From: Minisyncoccota bacterium
Lineage (GTDB): Bacteria > Patescibacteriota > Minisyncoccia > Phycocordibacterales > PALSA-1337
NCBI GenBank assembly: GCA_041665325.1
Contig: JBAYJB010000003.1
Location: forward strand, 1,502 to 65,501
Reading direction: 5' to 3'
DNA: 64,000 bases
In this document: positions 19,165 to 27,868 of the stretch, piece after piece
Layout: every line of letters starts with the position of its first letter
How positions within the stretch are numbered: position 1 is the first letter of the stretch
The notes under the pieces: generated by a model
Database searches by the model: none
What the model saw: only the letters and a program-made list of their open reading frames with translations
Told to the model about the DNA's origin: nothing
Translations under genes and position numbers: made by a program

Positions 19165-19722
19165 ATGAAGCAGAAAGATAACGGTATGCTAGTGTGGATA
19201 ACGGGATTACCTGGTTCCGGCAAGACAACGCTAGCAAACGCTGTATACAAAAAAATAGGTCTTGTTATCCCAGCCATACATATCGACGGCGATCACTTCC
19301 GGGCGATCATGGGTAATGATCTGGGACACAGCATGAAAGACCGTTTAGAAAACGCCTATCGAATAACACGCCTCAACAAACACCTGACTGATCAAGGTAT
19401 CACGGTCATCTGTTCGACAGTCTCGTTGTTCAGGGAAATACACAGATGGAATAGAAAAAATCACAAAAAACTGATGGAAATATATATCGATACTCCCATG
19501 GATATCCTAATGAGGAGAGACCAAAAAGGGATGTATACCGGTGCAGCAAAGAAACAAGTCAAGAATGTACGTGGCTTCGACCAGGGTTTCGATATGCCGC
19601 AAAAACCCGATATGATCATAAGGAATACGGGCAGTCTAAAGAACTTCTTGCTCCATACTGAGAAGATTGTCAGAACTATAAAAAGAAGGAATATATCTCA
19701 TGAAAAAAAGACCAGAAAATAA
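19165..19722 (+). CDS. Adenylylsulfate-kinase-family protein, probably a Cj1415-type CDP-phosphoramidate 3'-kinase
   Basis: WITGLPGSGKTT, DGD, RDQKGMY. Specific role inferred from gene context. Confidence 0.85.
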   Translation: MKQKDNGMLVWITGLPGSGKTTLANAVYKKIGLVIPAIHIDGDHFRAIMGNDLGHSMKDRLENAYRITRLNKHLTDQGITVICSTVSLFREIHRWNRKNHKKLMEIYIDTPMDILMRRDQKGMYTGAAKKQVKNVRGFDQGFDMPQKPDMIIRNTGSLKNFLLHTEKIVRTIKRRNISHEKKTRK

Positions 19723-22069
19723 AATCTTTGGCACCAAGGCAGAAACCCTAGAGCGGCTTCATGGCCACTTGAAGAAGTCGGTGGTAGACAAACTGGTGCT
19801 CTTTTCGGTCGAGGACTGGCCGAAAGAAAAATCTGCGATCGTAACCAAGATCATCTCGACATTCCCGAAGAAGCTCCTGATCGTCAGGAGCAGCGCTTTT
19901 GCTGAGGACTCCACTAAGCAGTCGAATGCCGGTCACTTCGCTTCGCTTGGCAACGTGAAGTGCTCCGCTCCGAAGATCGAGAAGGCCGTGGAGGAGGTGA
20001 TCAGCAGATATGACGGAGATATCCGCAACCAGGCCTTCGTCCAAGAACATATCACCGACGTAGACCTAAGCGGCGTCGTCTTCACCAGAGACGTCAACAA
20101 TCTCGCCCCTTACATGACGATAAACTACGACGACTCTAGCGGTCGTACCGATACGATCACTTCCGGTCAGAGCACCGCTCATAAGACGCTCGTCATCTAT
20201 CGGGAGAAGAGGCCTATGCTGACGGACCAGAGGCTCATGAAAGTATATGCGGCAGTGGAGGAACTCGAGAAAGTACTGAAGAGCGATAGGCTCGATATCG
20301 AATTTCTCTACAAGAAGGGAGTGGTGCATATCTTGCAGGCTCGACCTCTCACCGCCAAGACCAAAGAAGCACCCAGCCTCGACAGCGTCTCCGAGATCGT
20401 GCGAGGCATCAGCGACTACATGCGTGAATCTAACGCACCGCATCCGGACCTCTACGGCGACGATACATTCTACGGGATTATGCCTGACTGGAATCCGGCC
20501 GAGATGATCGGCATCAAACCGAGACCACTGGCCTTGTCGCTCTATCGAGAGCTCATCACTGACAGCATCTGGGCGTTCCAGCGCGACAACTACGGCTACA
20601 AGAGGCTGCGCAGCTTCCCTCTCCTGGTGTCGCTCGCGGGGCATCCCTATATCGACCTGCGCGTCGACTTCAACTCGTTCATACCCAAGGCCCTCGATGA
20701 CGATCTGTCTCATCGGCTGGTGAATTTCTATCTCGACAAATTGCGTTCCGTGCCGGCGAGCCACGACAAGATCGAATTCGACATCGTCTATTCCTGCTAC
20801 ACGCTCGATCTGGACGCTCGTCTCATGGAGCTCAAGAGACACGGCTTTTCTGCCAAGGACCGGCAAGCGATCAAAGATTCACTGCTCGAACTGACCAATA
20901 AGATCATCCGTCCCGACGGACTATATAAGGAAGACCTCAAGAAGATAACCACTCTCAAGAAGAGGCTCAAGCCCCTACTCGAATCGAGGCTCACTGAAGC
21001 CAAGAAGATCTACTGGCTTATCGAAGACTGCAAGCGCTACGGCACCCTGCCTTTTGCCGGCATCGCCAGGGCGGCCTTCATCGCCATCCAGCTTTTGGAC
21101 TCTATAGTCAGCCTCGGCATCATCTCCATCGAGGAGAAAAATCTCTTCCTCAGCACTATGAATACAGTAGCCAGACACCTGTCAGAAGATATGGACAAGC
21201 TCAATAGAGGGAAGCTCCCGATCAAGGCCTTCCTCAAAAAATACGGGCATCTCCGTCCGGGGACCTACGACATCCTGTCTGAGAGCTACGAGGAGAATTT
21301 CCACAAATACTTCGACCGCGGCACCAGAGCCGCGGAACCGAGCGCGGACCACCCCAAGAAACTAACGCTCTCTTCCATACAGATGAAGAAGATTGACCGT
21401 CTGCTCAAGAAGCATGGTTTGGCAGTCGATGCCGATGAGTTTTTCCTCTTCATGAAGGAAGCCATCGAGGGACGCGAGTATGCCAAGTTCGTATTCACGC
21501 GAAATATCCATGAGATCCTCAAATCGATCAAGGCTTATGGGACGAGAATCAGTGCTACGCCGGAAGATATGTCGTACGTCGAGATCGGGGCGCTTATGAA
21601 GATGCATTCGGCGGTAATTTTGCCGATTGAAGAGAGGAAGCTCCTCGAGGATATCAAAGCCAACCGAGCTAGGCACAAGCTCAACCGCTTCGTAAAGCTG
21701 CCCCAGCTCATAACACAGCCGGAAGACCTCTATCATTTCTACATGGATAGCATCGAACCGAACTATGTGACCAGCGAGTCGGCCATCGGAAACGTCGCCA
21801 CCATCATCCGCAACACGAGCACCAAAAACATCAAGGGCAAGATCGTGTGTATCGAGAATGCCGATCCAGGCTTCGACTGGATCTTCTCGCATAAGATCAA
21901 AGGCCTGATCACCGCCTACGGCGGCGCCAATTCCCACATGGCTATCCGCGCCGCCGAACTGAACATCCCCGCCGTTATCGGTTGTGGTCCGGCGCTCTTC
22001 GATAAATGGAGCAACGCGAAGAAGATGAAGATCGACTGTCTCAATAAGAAATCCGATGTCCTCTCCTAA
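19700..22069 (+). CDS. L-glutamine kinase-like protein (Cj1418-type; ATP-grasp plus phospho-His domain)
   Basis: 789 aa; FGTKAETLE, IVRSSA, MPDWNPAEMIG, YGHLRPGTYDI, ADPGFDWIF, GANSHMAIRAAEL. Confidence 0.9.
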   Translation: MKKRPENKIFGTKAETLERLHGHLKKSVVDKLVLFSVEDWPKEKSAIVTKIISTFPKKLLIVRSSAFAEDSTKQSNAGHFASLGNVKCSAPKIEKAVEEVISRYDGDIRNQAFVQEHITDVDLSGVVFTRDVNNLAPYMTINYDDSSGRTDTITSGQSTAHKTLVIYREKRPMLTDQRLMKVYAAVEELEKVLKSDRLDIEFLYKKGVVHILQARPLTAKTKEAPSLDSVSEIVRGISDYMRESNAPHPDLYGDDTFYGIMPDWNPAEMIGIKPRPLALSLYRELITDSIWAFQRDNYGYKRLRSFPLLVSLAGHPYIDLRVDFNSFIPKALDDDLSHRLVNFYLDKLRSVPASHDKIEFDIVYSCYTLDLDARLMELKRHGFSAKDRQAIKDSLLELTNKIIRPDGLYKEDLKKITTLKKRLKPLLESRLTEAKKIYWLIEDCKRYGTLPFAGIARAAFIAIQLLDSIVSLGIISIEEKNLFLSTMNTVARHLSEDMDKLNRGKLPIKAFLKKYGHLRPGTYDILSESYEENFHKYFDRGTRAAEPSADHPKKLTLSSIQMKKIDRLLKKHGLAVDADEFFLFMKEAIEGREYAKFVFTRNIHEILKSIKAYGTRISATPEDMSYVEIGALMKMHSAVILPIEERKLLEDIKANRARHKLNRFVKLPQLITQPEDLYHFYMDSIEPNYVTSESAIGNVATIIRNTSTKNIKGKIVCIENADPGFDWIFSHKIKGLITAYGGANSHMAIRAAELNIPAVIGCGPALFDKWSNAKKMKIDCLNKKSDVLS

Positions 22070-22075
22070 TATATT

Positions 22076-22855
22076 ATGAAAGCTATCATCTTAGCGGCAG
22101 GCATGGGAAAGAGGCTCGGCAAGTATACGGCCAATCTGCCCAAGGGTATGCTCTCATTCCGAGGCGAGACTCTGATAGAGAGGCAGGTCAGAACGCTCCG
22201 CTCCTGCGGGATAAAAGATATCTCCATCGTGACCGGTTACGAGGCCAAGAAGATCACTATCCCGGACGTGAAGTATTATCACAACAAAAGATATGCAGAG
22301 ACGAATATGGTCGAGAGCTTGTTTTGTGCCGAGAAAGAACTAAAAGGAGATGTGCTCATCGCTTATTCAGATATCATTTATGAAGATCGAGTAATCAAAC
22401 AAATGATTGAGAGCCTGGCGGATATCGGAGTTGCTGCCGATGAGGATTATCAGGGATACTGGAAGGCTCGTCTCGACAATGAGACAGACGACTTGGAAAG
22501 TCTGGTTGTAGCAAGCGGCCAAATCATCGAGCTTGGCGTTCCCTGCGGCCCGGATAAGGCCGCACTGCGCTACGTCGGCCTGATCAAGTTGTCTTCCAAG
22601 GGAGTAGCAAATATTAAGGAAGTCTATACGGAGAATAGAAAACGCTTCTTTGATTCGAGCGCTCCCTGGTTGGGATCTAAGTCTTTCAAACAGGGCTATA
22701 TGACGAGCCTGCTTCAAGCTACCATTAACGCAGGTCATGAAGTGAAGCCAGTCGTGATTCGCCGGGGTTGGATGGAATTCGACACTGAAAATGATTATGA
22801 GAGAGCCGAGGTTTGGGCCAATAAAGGCAGCTTGGGGAGATTCATAAAATTATGA
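22076..22855 (+). CDS. Nucleotidyltransferase (Cj1416-type cytidylyltransferase)
   Basis: IILAAGMGKRL...PK, TNMVESL, WMEFDT; context. Confidence 0.88.
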   Translation: MKAIILAAGMGKRLGKYTANLPKGMLSFRGETLIERQVRTLRSCGIKDISIVTGYEAKKITIPDVKYYHNKRYAETNMVESLFCAEKELKGDVLIAYSDIIYEDRVIKQMIESLADIGVAADEDYQGYWKARLDNETDDLESLVVASGQIIELGVPCGPDKAALRYVGLIKLSSKGVANIKEVYTENRKRFFDSSAPWLGSKSFKQGYMTSLLQATINAGHEVKPVVIRRGWMEFDTENDYERAEVWANKGSLGRFIKL

Positions 22856-23541
22856 AAAAGAATCAGATCGTTGGCATCACACAAAGAGTCACCGTCAACA
22901 AAAATGGCGTCAGGTGTGACACATTGGAACAGAACTACAGTACCTACTTCTCCGCTCTCGGAGTCACTCTCATACCGATACCGAACGACCTCACGAGTGT
23001 CTCCAGCTTCATCGAGTCGACACATATGAGCAAGCTTATCTTCTCCGGCGGCGGAGATATCGATCCTGATCTTTATGGCGGCAAAAGAAAAGATCCGGCC
23101 TCGTATACTGCCGATAGAGAACGAACCGAGAAAGAGCTATTCGCTTATGCGCAGAAGTCCGATATGCCCGTCCTAGGCATCTGCCGCGGCGCGCAGATGA
23201 TCAATGTGCTCTCCGGAGGAAAGCTCCTAGACCTTCGGGAGACATATGGACCGGTTCACGGGCATGTTAAAACATTCCACGACGTCGAGATAGTAGCTGG
23301 CCTCATAACCGGACTGCCAAAGGGGCCAGCGAAGGTCAACTCCTATCATGACTTTGGTTTCACCAAAAAGGAGCTAGGCCAAGGACTGGTGGCTTTCGCC
23401 AAGGCCAAGGACGGCATTGTCGAAGGCATCGGGAATATAGATAAAAAGATATATGGTATATTATGGCATCCAGAACGCGACGGCATAGACCGAGAAGAGT
23501 TGACCAAGAAGATTATCGAAGCTTTTTTATCCGATACATAA
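22852..23541 (+). CDS. Class I glutamine-amidotransferase/peptidase C26 fold (Cj1417-type gamma-glutamyl-CDP-amidate hydrolase)
   Basis: SGGGD, GICRGAQ, VNSYH, WHPER catalytic motifs; context. Confidence 0.88.
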   Translation: MKKNQIVGITQRVTVNKNGVRCDTLEQNYSTYFSALGVTLIPIPNDLTSVSSFIESTHMSKLIFSGGGDIDPDLYGGKRKDPASYTADRERTEKELFAYAQKSDMPVLGICRGAQMINVLSGGKLLDLRETYGPVHGHVKTFHDVEIVAGLITGLPKGPAKVNSYHDFGFTKKELGQGLVAFAKAKDGIVEGIGNIDKKIYGILWHPERDGIDREELTKKIIEAFLSDT

Positions 23542-23551
23542 ATACATCTAT

Positions 23552-24313
23552 ATGAAACAAGGCGACTTTACAACTCTGGCGAAGAACTACATCCACCGCG
23601 CCGGATATTCGCCACTTGTGCTCGAGACTATATATAAGTATGCCGGATTTACTAAAGACACCCTGATCGCCGACGTGGCGGCCGGCACCGGCAAACTTAC
23701 AGAGAACCTCTTGGCCTACCCGAGTAGAAAGCTATTCTGTATCGAACCGAATGATGCCATGAGGGAGGAAGGCGGCAAATATATAAATGATAAAAGAGTC
23801 AGTTGGGCCAAGGGATCGGGCGAAAAGACCGGACTACCGACGGCTTCCATAGACTGGGTGACCGTGGGTTCGGCCTTCCACTGGATGGACTTGGTCGTGA
23901 CCCTGGGAGAATTCCATCGGATCCTCAAGCCCGGCGGCGTCTTCACAGCCATCTGGAATCCTCGCGATATCTCCGGTAGCGAACTACACAGTAAGATCGA
24001 GAAGAAGATCCATGATATGGCGCCTTTTATCGAGAGGAAGTCTTCCGGCTCCGGAAAATACACCGAAGACCTAGACGAGAAGATCGTCAGCACCTCCCAG
24101 TTCCGTGACATCATATATATGGAAGCCAAACATGAAGAAAAGATGAGCAAGGAAAGATATATGGGCATATGGGATTCCGTCAATGACATTCCCGCTCAGA
24201 CCGGACCGGAGCTCTGGGACAAGATCCTCGCCGAGATCAGAGCGATCATCGAGCCCTACGGTGAGATCATTGTGCCCTACAAGACCCGATCCTGGACTGC
24301 ACGAAAAGTGTAA
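23552..24313 (+). CDS. Class I SAM methyltransferase (Cj1419/Cj1420-like)
   Basis: MKQGDFT N-terminus, ADVAAGTGKLT, EPNDAMREEG, SAFHW, WDSVNDI. Confidence 0.85.
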   Translation: MKQGDFTTLAKNYIHRAGYSPLVLETIYKYAGFTKDTLIADVAAGTGKLTENLLAYPSRKLFCIEPNDAMREEGGKYINDKRVSWAKGSGEKTGLPTASIDWVTVGSAFHWMDLVVTLGEFHRILKPGGVFTAIWNPRDISGSELHSKIEKKIHDMAPFIERKSSGSGKYTEDLDEKIVSTSQFRDIIYMEAKHEEKMSKERYMGIWDSVNDIPAQTGPELWDKILAEIRAIIEPYGEIIVPYKTRSWTARKV

Positions 24314-24323
24314 GGATAGCAAA

Positions 24324-25859
24324 ATGAATAAGCGCACAGAAATACAACTGGTCGCGTCGCACTTCCCATCTGGTCTATCCTGGCTGAACAACTTCCTCTT
24401 GGAGATCGGCGTGCTCGCCTACAACGGGGACGCGACCTTCGATGGTATGTGGCAACGGATCGGAGATCATACCTTCAGACTGAAGGAGACTGAGGAGCGT
24501 CAGAGGCAATGGCTGCCGGTCCTGAGCAAAAAACTAATCTTCGACTTTCCGGAAGATATCATGGTCAGATGGTCTCACAATCTGCCGATGATAGTCAGAG
24601 AGGAGCAGAAGACGATCTTATTTGTACGAGATGGTAGGGACGCCGTATATTCAGCCTTCAAAAGGGAGGGCCTCTATAGCTCGCTAGAAGCTATGGTCAA
24701 GGCAAGATGTGCCCCCCTGAGTCTCACCCCTCCGGAAACATGGGCGGTGTTCAATCGTCTATGGATAGAGAACGTCACTCCTTCGTGCCTGAGGGTGGTG
24801 AAGTTTGAAGACCTGAAGACAAAGCCATACGAGACCATCAAGGATATACTGGAATTCATCGGAGTAGAGCGTCGAGACGCGGACATTCTATCCGCCATCG
24901 AGTCATCTAGTTTTGAAAATGCAAAAAGAGCCGAGGTCGCGCACAAGGAACATGATCGGAGCACGATTGTGCCGACGATAAACAGAAGTGGTGCGATCTT
25001 CGAGTGGAAGGGGCGATATGACAGTGCCTCGTTATCGACATTCAAGGGGTTCCCTGAAAAGATGCTATCGTACCTCGGATATGAAACCTCCGGCAGCGAC
25101 AATAAGACAAGACCGGATGCAAAATTGCCGGGATATACTTCAGACGAGGAGAAGAAATTCGTCGAAGCGTGGCAAAGATACACGAGGACCTACCGGCAGG
25201 GACGGTGGCAATACGATATCCTCATCAAGATGCGGGAAGTAAGAGCGTGGTCCAAAAATGTGGCCCTCAAACTGCTGAGCATCGAGCTCCTCTCAAGCCT
25301 TATCAAAACAAAAGATCCATATATTAAGTTTACATATAGCCCGAACGGCGAAGACATCCTGATTGGCAACATACTGATGAAGAAAAATTCAAAGACATTC
25401 GATGATATCAACGGGTTGTATGTCAGTATCGATCCTCCCCACCCGCGAAAGTGTTCTTACACCTACTTGTTATATAATCATGGCTGGAGAGGCCTAAACA
25501 TCGTGGATGCTAGTTTATACTCCACATTCAGGAGAGATCGGCCGCACGATAAGAATTTCCTCTCGAACAATGGCGAGGGCAGCGAAAACGGTCGCCAACC
25601 AATAAAAGACCTGCTCTCCAAGAACCTTCCCCGCGAAAGATCCTTGGGTCTCCTTGTTCTCGATCAAGAGAGCAGGAATGGTGAAATGGTAGAGTCAAAT
25701 ATCTGGAGTTTACGGCCGAAGCTTGTGATTGCCAGGGATTCAAGATACTCCCCCGCAAGACCTGATGATTCGGAGCTATATTCTTTCATGAAACGGACCG
25801 GGTACAGCTTGATAGGTTGGATGAACCAGACTATGGCCTTTTTGGACCAGACAAGGTAA
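24324..25859 (+). CDS. Sulfotransferase-fold domain fused to a degenerate FkbM-like domain
   Basis: ASHFPSGLSWL, FVRDGRDAVYS, VKFEDL, SSFENAK, RSG...EWK. C-terminal YSPNGEDIL...GWRGLNI resembles the neighbouring FkbM protein. Confidence 0.75.
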   Translation: MNKRTEIQLVASHFPSGLSWLNNFLLEIGVLAYNGDATFDGMWQRIGDHTFRLKETEERQRQWLPVLSKKLIFDFPEDIMVRWSHNLPMIVREEQKTILFVRDGRDAVYSAFKREGLYSSLEAMVKARCAPLSLTPPETWAVFNRLWIENVTPSCLRVVKFEDLKTKPYETIKDILEFIGVERRDADILSAIESSSFENAKRAEVAHKEHDRSTIVPTINRSGAIFEWKGRYDSASLSTFKGFPEKMLSYLGYETSGSDNKTRPDAKLPGYTSDEEKKFVEAWQRYTRTYRQGRWQYDILIKMREVRAWSKNVALKLLSIELLSSLIKTKDPYIKFTYSPNGEDILIGNILMKKNSKTFDDINGLYVSIDPPHPRKCSYTYLLYNHGWRGLNIVDASLYSTFRRDRPHDKNFLSNNGEGSENGRQPIKDLLSKNLPRERSLGLLVLDQESRNGEMVESNIWSLRPKLVIARDSRYSPARPDDSELYSFMKRTGYSLIGWMNQTMAFLDQTR

Positions 25860-25874
25860 CTTAAACAAGAAGAC

Positions 25875-27155
25875 ATGAGCAAACCGATAATAGAAGTCAG
25901 GAATATTAGCAAGCGCTACGATATCACACATACGCATGGCGGCTATGTGGCCTTGCGCGATGTCCTGACAACGATCATGCGTCGGCCATTCTCCTTCTTG
26001 GCGCACAAGGCCAAGCGCGCCGTCGGCCTCGAGAAAAAAGAAGAATTCTGGGCGCTCAAAGATGTGAGCTTCGCCGTAAATAGGGGCGAGGTCATCGGGG
26101 TAATCGGCGCGAACGGCGCCGGCAAGTCCACCCTGCTCAAGATACTCTCCCAGATCACGCCGCCCACCGGAGGCGAGGTCATCCTGCGAGGCCGGGTCGG
26201 CTCCCTTCTTGAGGTCGGTACCGGCTTCCATCCAGAATTGACCGGTCGCGAAAATATCTTCTTGAACGGGGCCATCCTCGGCATGAAGAAACAGGAGATC
26301 GCCGCGAAGTTCGATCAGATCGTCGACTTCGCAGGGATCGAAAGATTCTTAGATACACCTGTCAAGCACTATTCGAGCGGTATGTATGTGCGGCTGGCTT
26401 TCTCCGTAGCCGCTCACATGGAGCCGGATATCCTCCTCGTCGACGAAGTCCTAGCTGTAGGTGATGCAGAATTCCAGAAGAAATGCCTCGGTAAGATGGA
26501 CGAGATCACTAGGAATGAAGGCCGAACTATCATCTTCGTGAGCCATAGTCTGAATACGATCCGAGACCTATGCCCAACTACAATCTTGATGAAGGAGGGG
26601 CGTATAGACCTAGTCGGTCCGACCGACGAAGTGATCGACCATTATCAGGAAGAGATCAAGGGGCTGCGCTCTATCGATCTTCGAAATGAAACTAGGAGGC
26701 GTGGCACCGGAGCAATCAAATTGACAGATTTTTATGTCGAAAACTCTGACGGAAGCAAATCAACCATGGTCAAAAGCGGAGAATCCACCACTTTCGTATT
26801 GTCTTATGAGTGCGCAAAACCAGAGAATGTAAAAACTGCTGATGTTGGCATATCTATAAATAGGAACGGGGCACCAATCGCGACTTTTTATAGTTCATAC
26901 GTCAAGAGCTCCTTATCCGACATTGCTACATCTGGACAATTCCGCTTCTCGGCCGAAAATATTCCGCTCGCTGAAGGCACTTACGGCATTGGCGCACGCG
27001 TACTTGCGAATGATGTCGAGGCCGACTGGCCAAAATCAGAAATCGGCCAACTCGAGGTTTCAAATCCGACAGAATTCAAGGAGAAAGGATTTCGCACGGG
27101 GGCGGGCTCAGCAGTCATCATAAATGGCCTTTGGAGTCACATCCCTTCCAAATGA
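25875..27155 (+). CDS. wzt: Polysaccharide ABC transporter ATP-binding protein with Wzt C-terminal domain
   Basis: GANGAGKST, GTGFHPELTGREN, YSSGMYVRLAF, VDEVLAVGD. Confidence 0.95.
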   Translation: MSKPIIEVRNISKRYDITHTHGGYVALRDVLTTIMRRPFSFLAHKAKRAVGLEKKEEFWALKDVSFAVNRGEVIGVIGANGAGKSTLLKILSQITPPTGGEVILRGRVGSLLEVGTGFHPELTGRENIFLNGAILGMKKQEIAAKFDQIVDFAGIERFLDTPVKHYSSGMYVRLAFSVAAHMEPDILLVDEVLAVGDAEFQKKCLGKMDEITRNEGRTIIFVSHSLNTIRDLCPTTILMKEGRIDLVGPTDEVIDHYQEEIKGLRSIDLRNETRRRGTGAIKLTDFYVENSDGSKSTMVKSGESTTFVLSYECAKPENVKTADVGISINRNGAPIATFYSSYVKSSLSDIATSGQFRFSAENIPLAEGTYGIGARVLANDVEADWPKSEIGQLEVSNPTEFKEKGFRTGAGSAVIINGLWSHIPSK

Positions 27156-27868
27156 AAAAAACGTTGAAAGCCATGATCCGAGCGTTAGTCAAGCTGATTC
27201 CGCTCGAATTTATTGAGCAGATGATTTCCTTGAAGATGGGCTATCCAACGATCTCGTATGGTCCAAACGGAGAAGACGCCATTTTAAGGAACATGCTCCG
27301 CGGCATAAGCGGCGGCTTCTACATAGATGTTGGCGCATATCATCCCAATAGGTTTTCTAATACACGCACCTTTTACAATGATGGCTGGTCCGGCATAAAT
27401 ATAGATGCGATGCCAGGTAGCATGAAAGCGTTCATGAAAGAGCGCCCCAGAGATATCAACCTCGAATCAGCCGTATCTGACAGGACCGAGACATTGACAT
27501 ATCACGTGTTTGCGGAACAAGCATACAACACCTTCTCTCATGAATTGGCAACGGAGTGTGTAAAGTCAGGGAAAAACAAAATACGCGAGATAAAACTCGA
27601 CACGATGCGGCTTGTAGACATCCTCGATGAGTACATGCCGAAAGACAAAATAATAAATTTGCTTTCGATCGATGTGGAGGGATACGATATGGCGGTTCTC
27701 CGATCAAATGATTGGATAAGGTATCTCCCCGAGGTCATAGCTATAGAAGAAATTGGCTTCGACGTCGAGGCTCCCCAGAAATCAGAGATATTCAACTTCC
27801 TCAAAAGCAAAGGTTACCATCTGGAAGTGGCTATGCCCAAAACGATATTTTTCCGTCTACACAAATGA
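27152..27868 (+). CDS. FkbM family methyltransferase
   Basis: FYIDVGAYHP, SNT, GINIDA, LSIDVEG. Confidence 0.9.
   Translation: MKKTLKAMIRALVKLIPLEFIEQMISLKMGYPTISYGPNGEDAILRNMLRGISGGFYIDVGAYHPNRFSNTRTFYNDGWSGINIDAMPGSMKAFMKERPRDINLESAVSDRTETLTYHVFAEQAYNTFSHELATECVKSGKNKIREIKLDTMRLVDILDEYMPKDKIINLLSIDVEGYDMAVLRSNDWIRYLPEVIAIEEIGFDVEAPQKSEIFNFLKSKGYHLEVAMPKTIFFRLHK

Noticed and set aside
18757-19722. 321-aa ORF annotated as sulfate-assimilation cysC
   Set aside because: The N-terminal extension overlaps wzm out of frame (true start 19165), and the context points to phosphoramidate rather than sulfate metabolism.
19700-22069. Pyruvate phosphate dikinase / PEP synthase
   Set aside because: The phospho-His domain is C-terminal with no pyruvate-binding barrel after it, and the neighbours match the Cj1415-1418 set.
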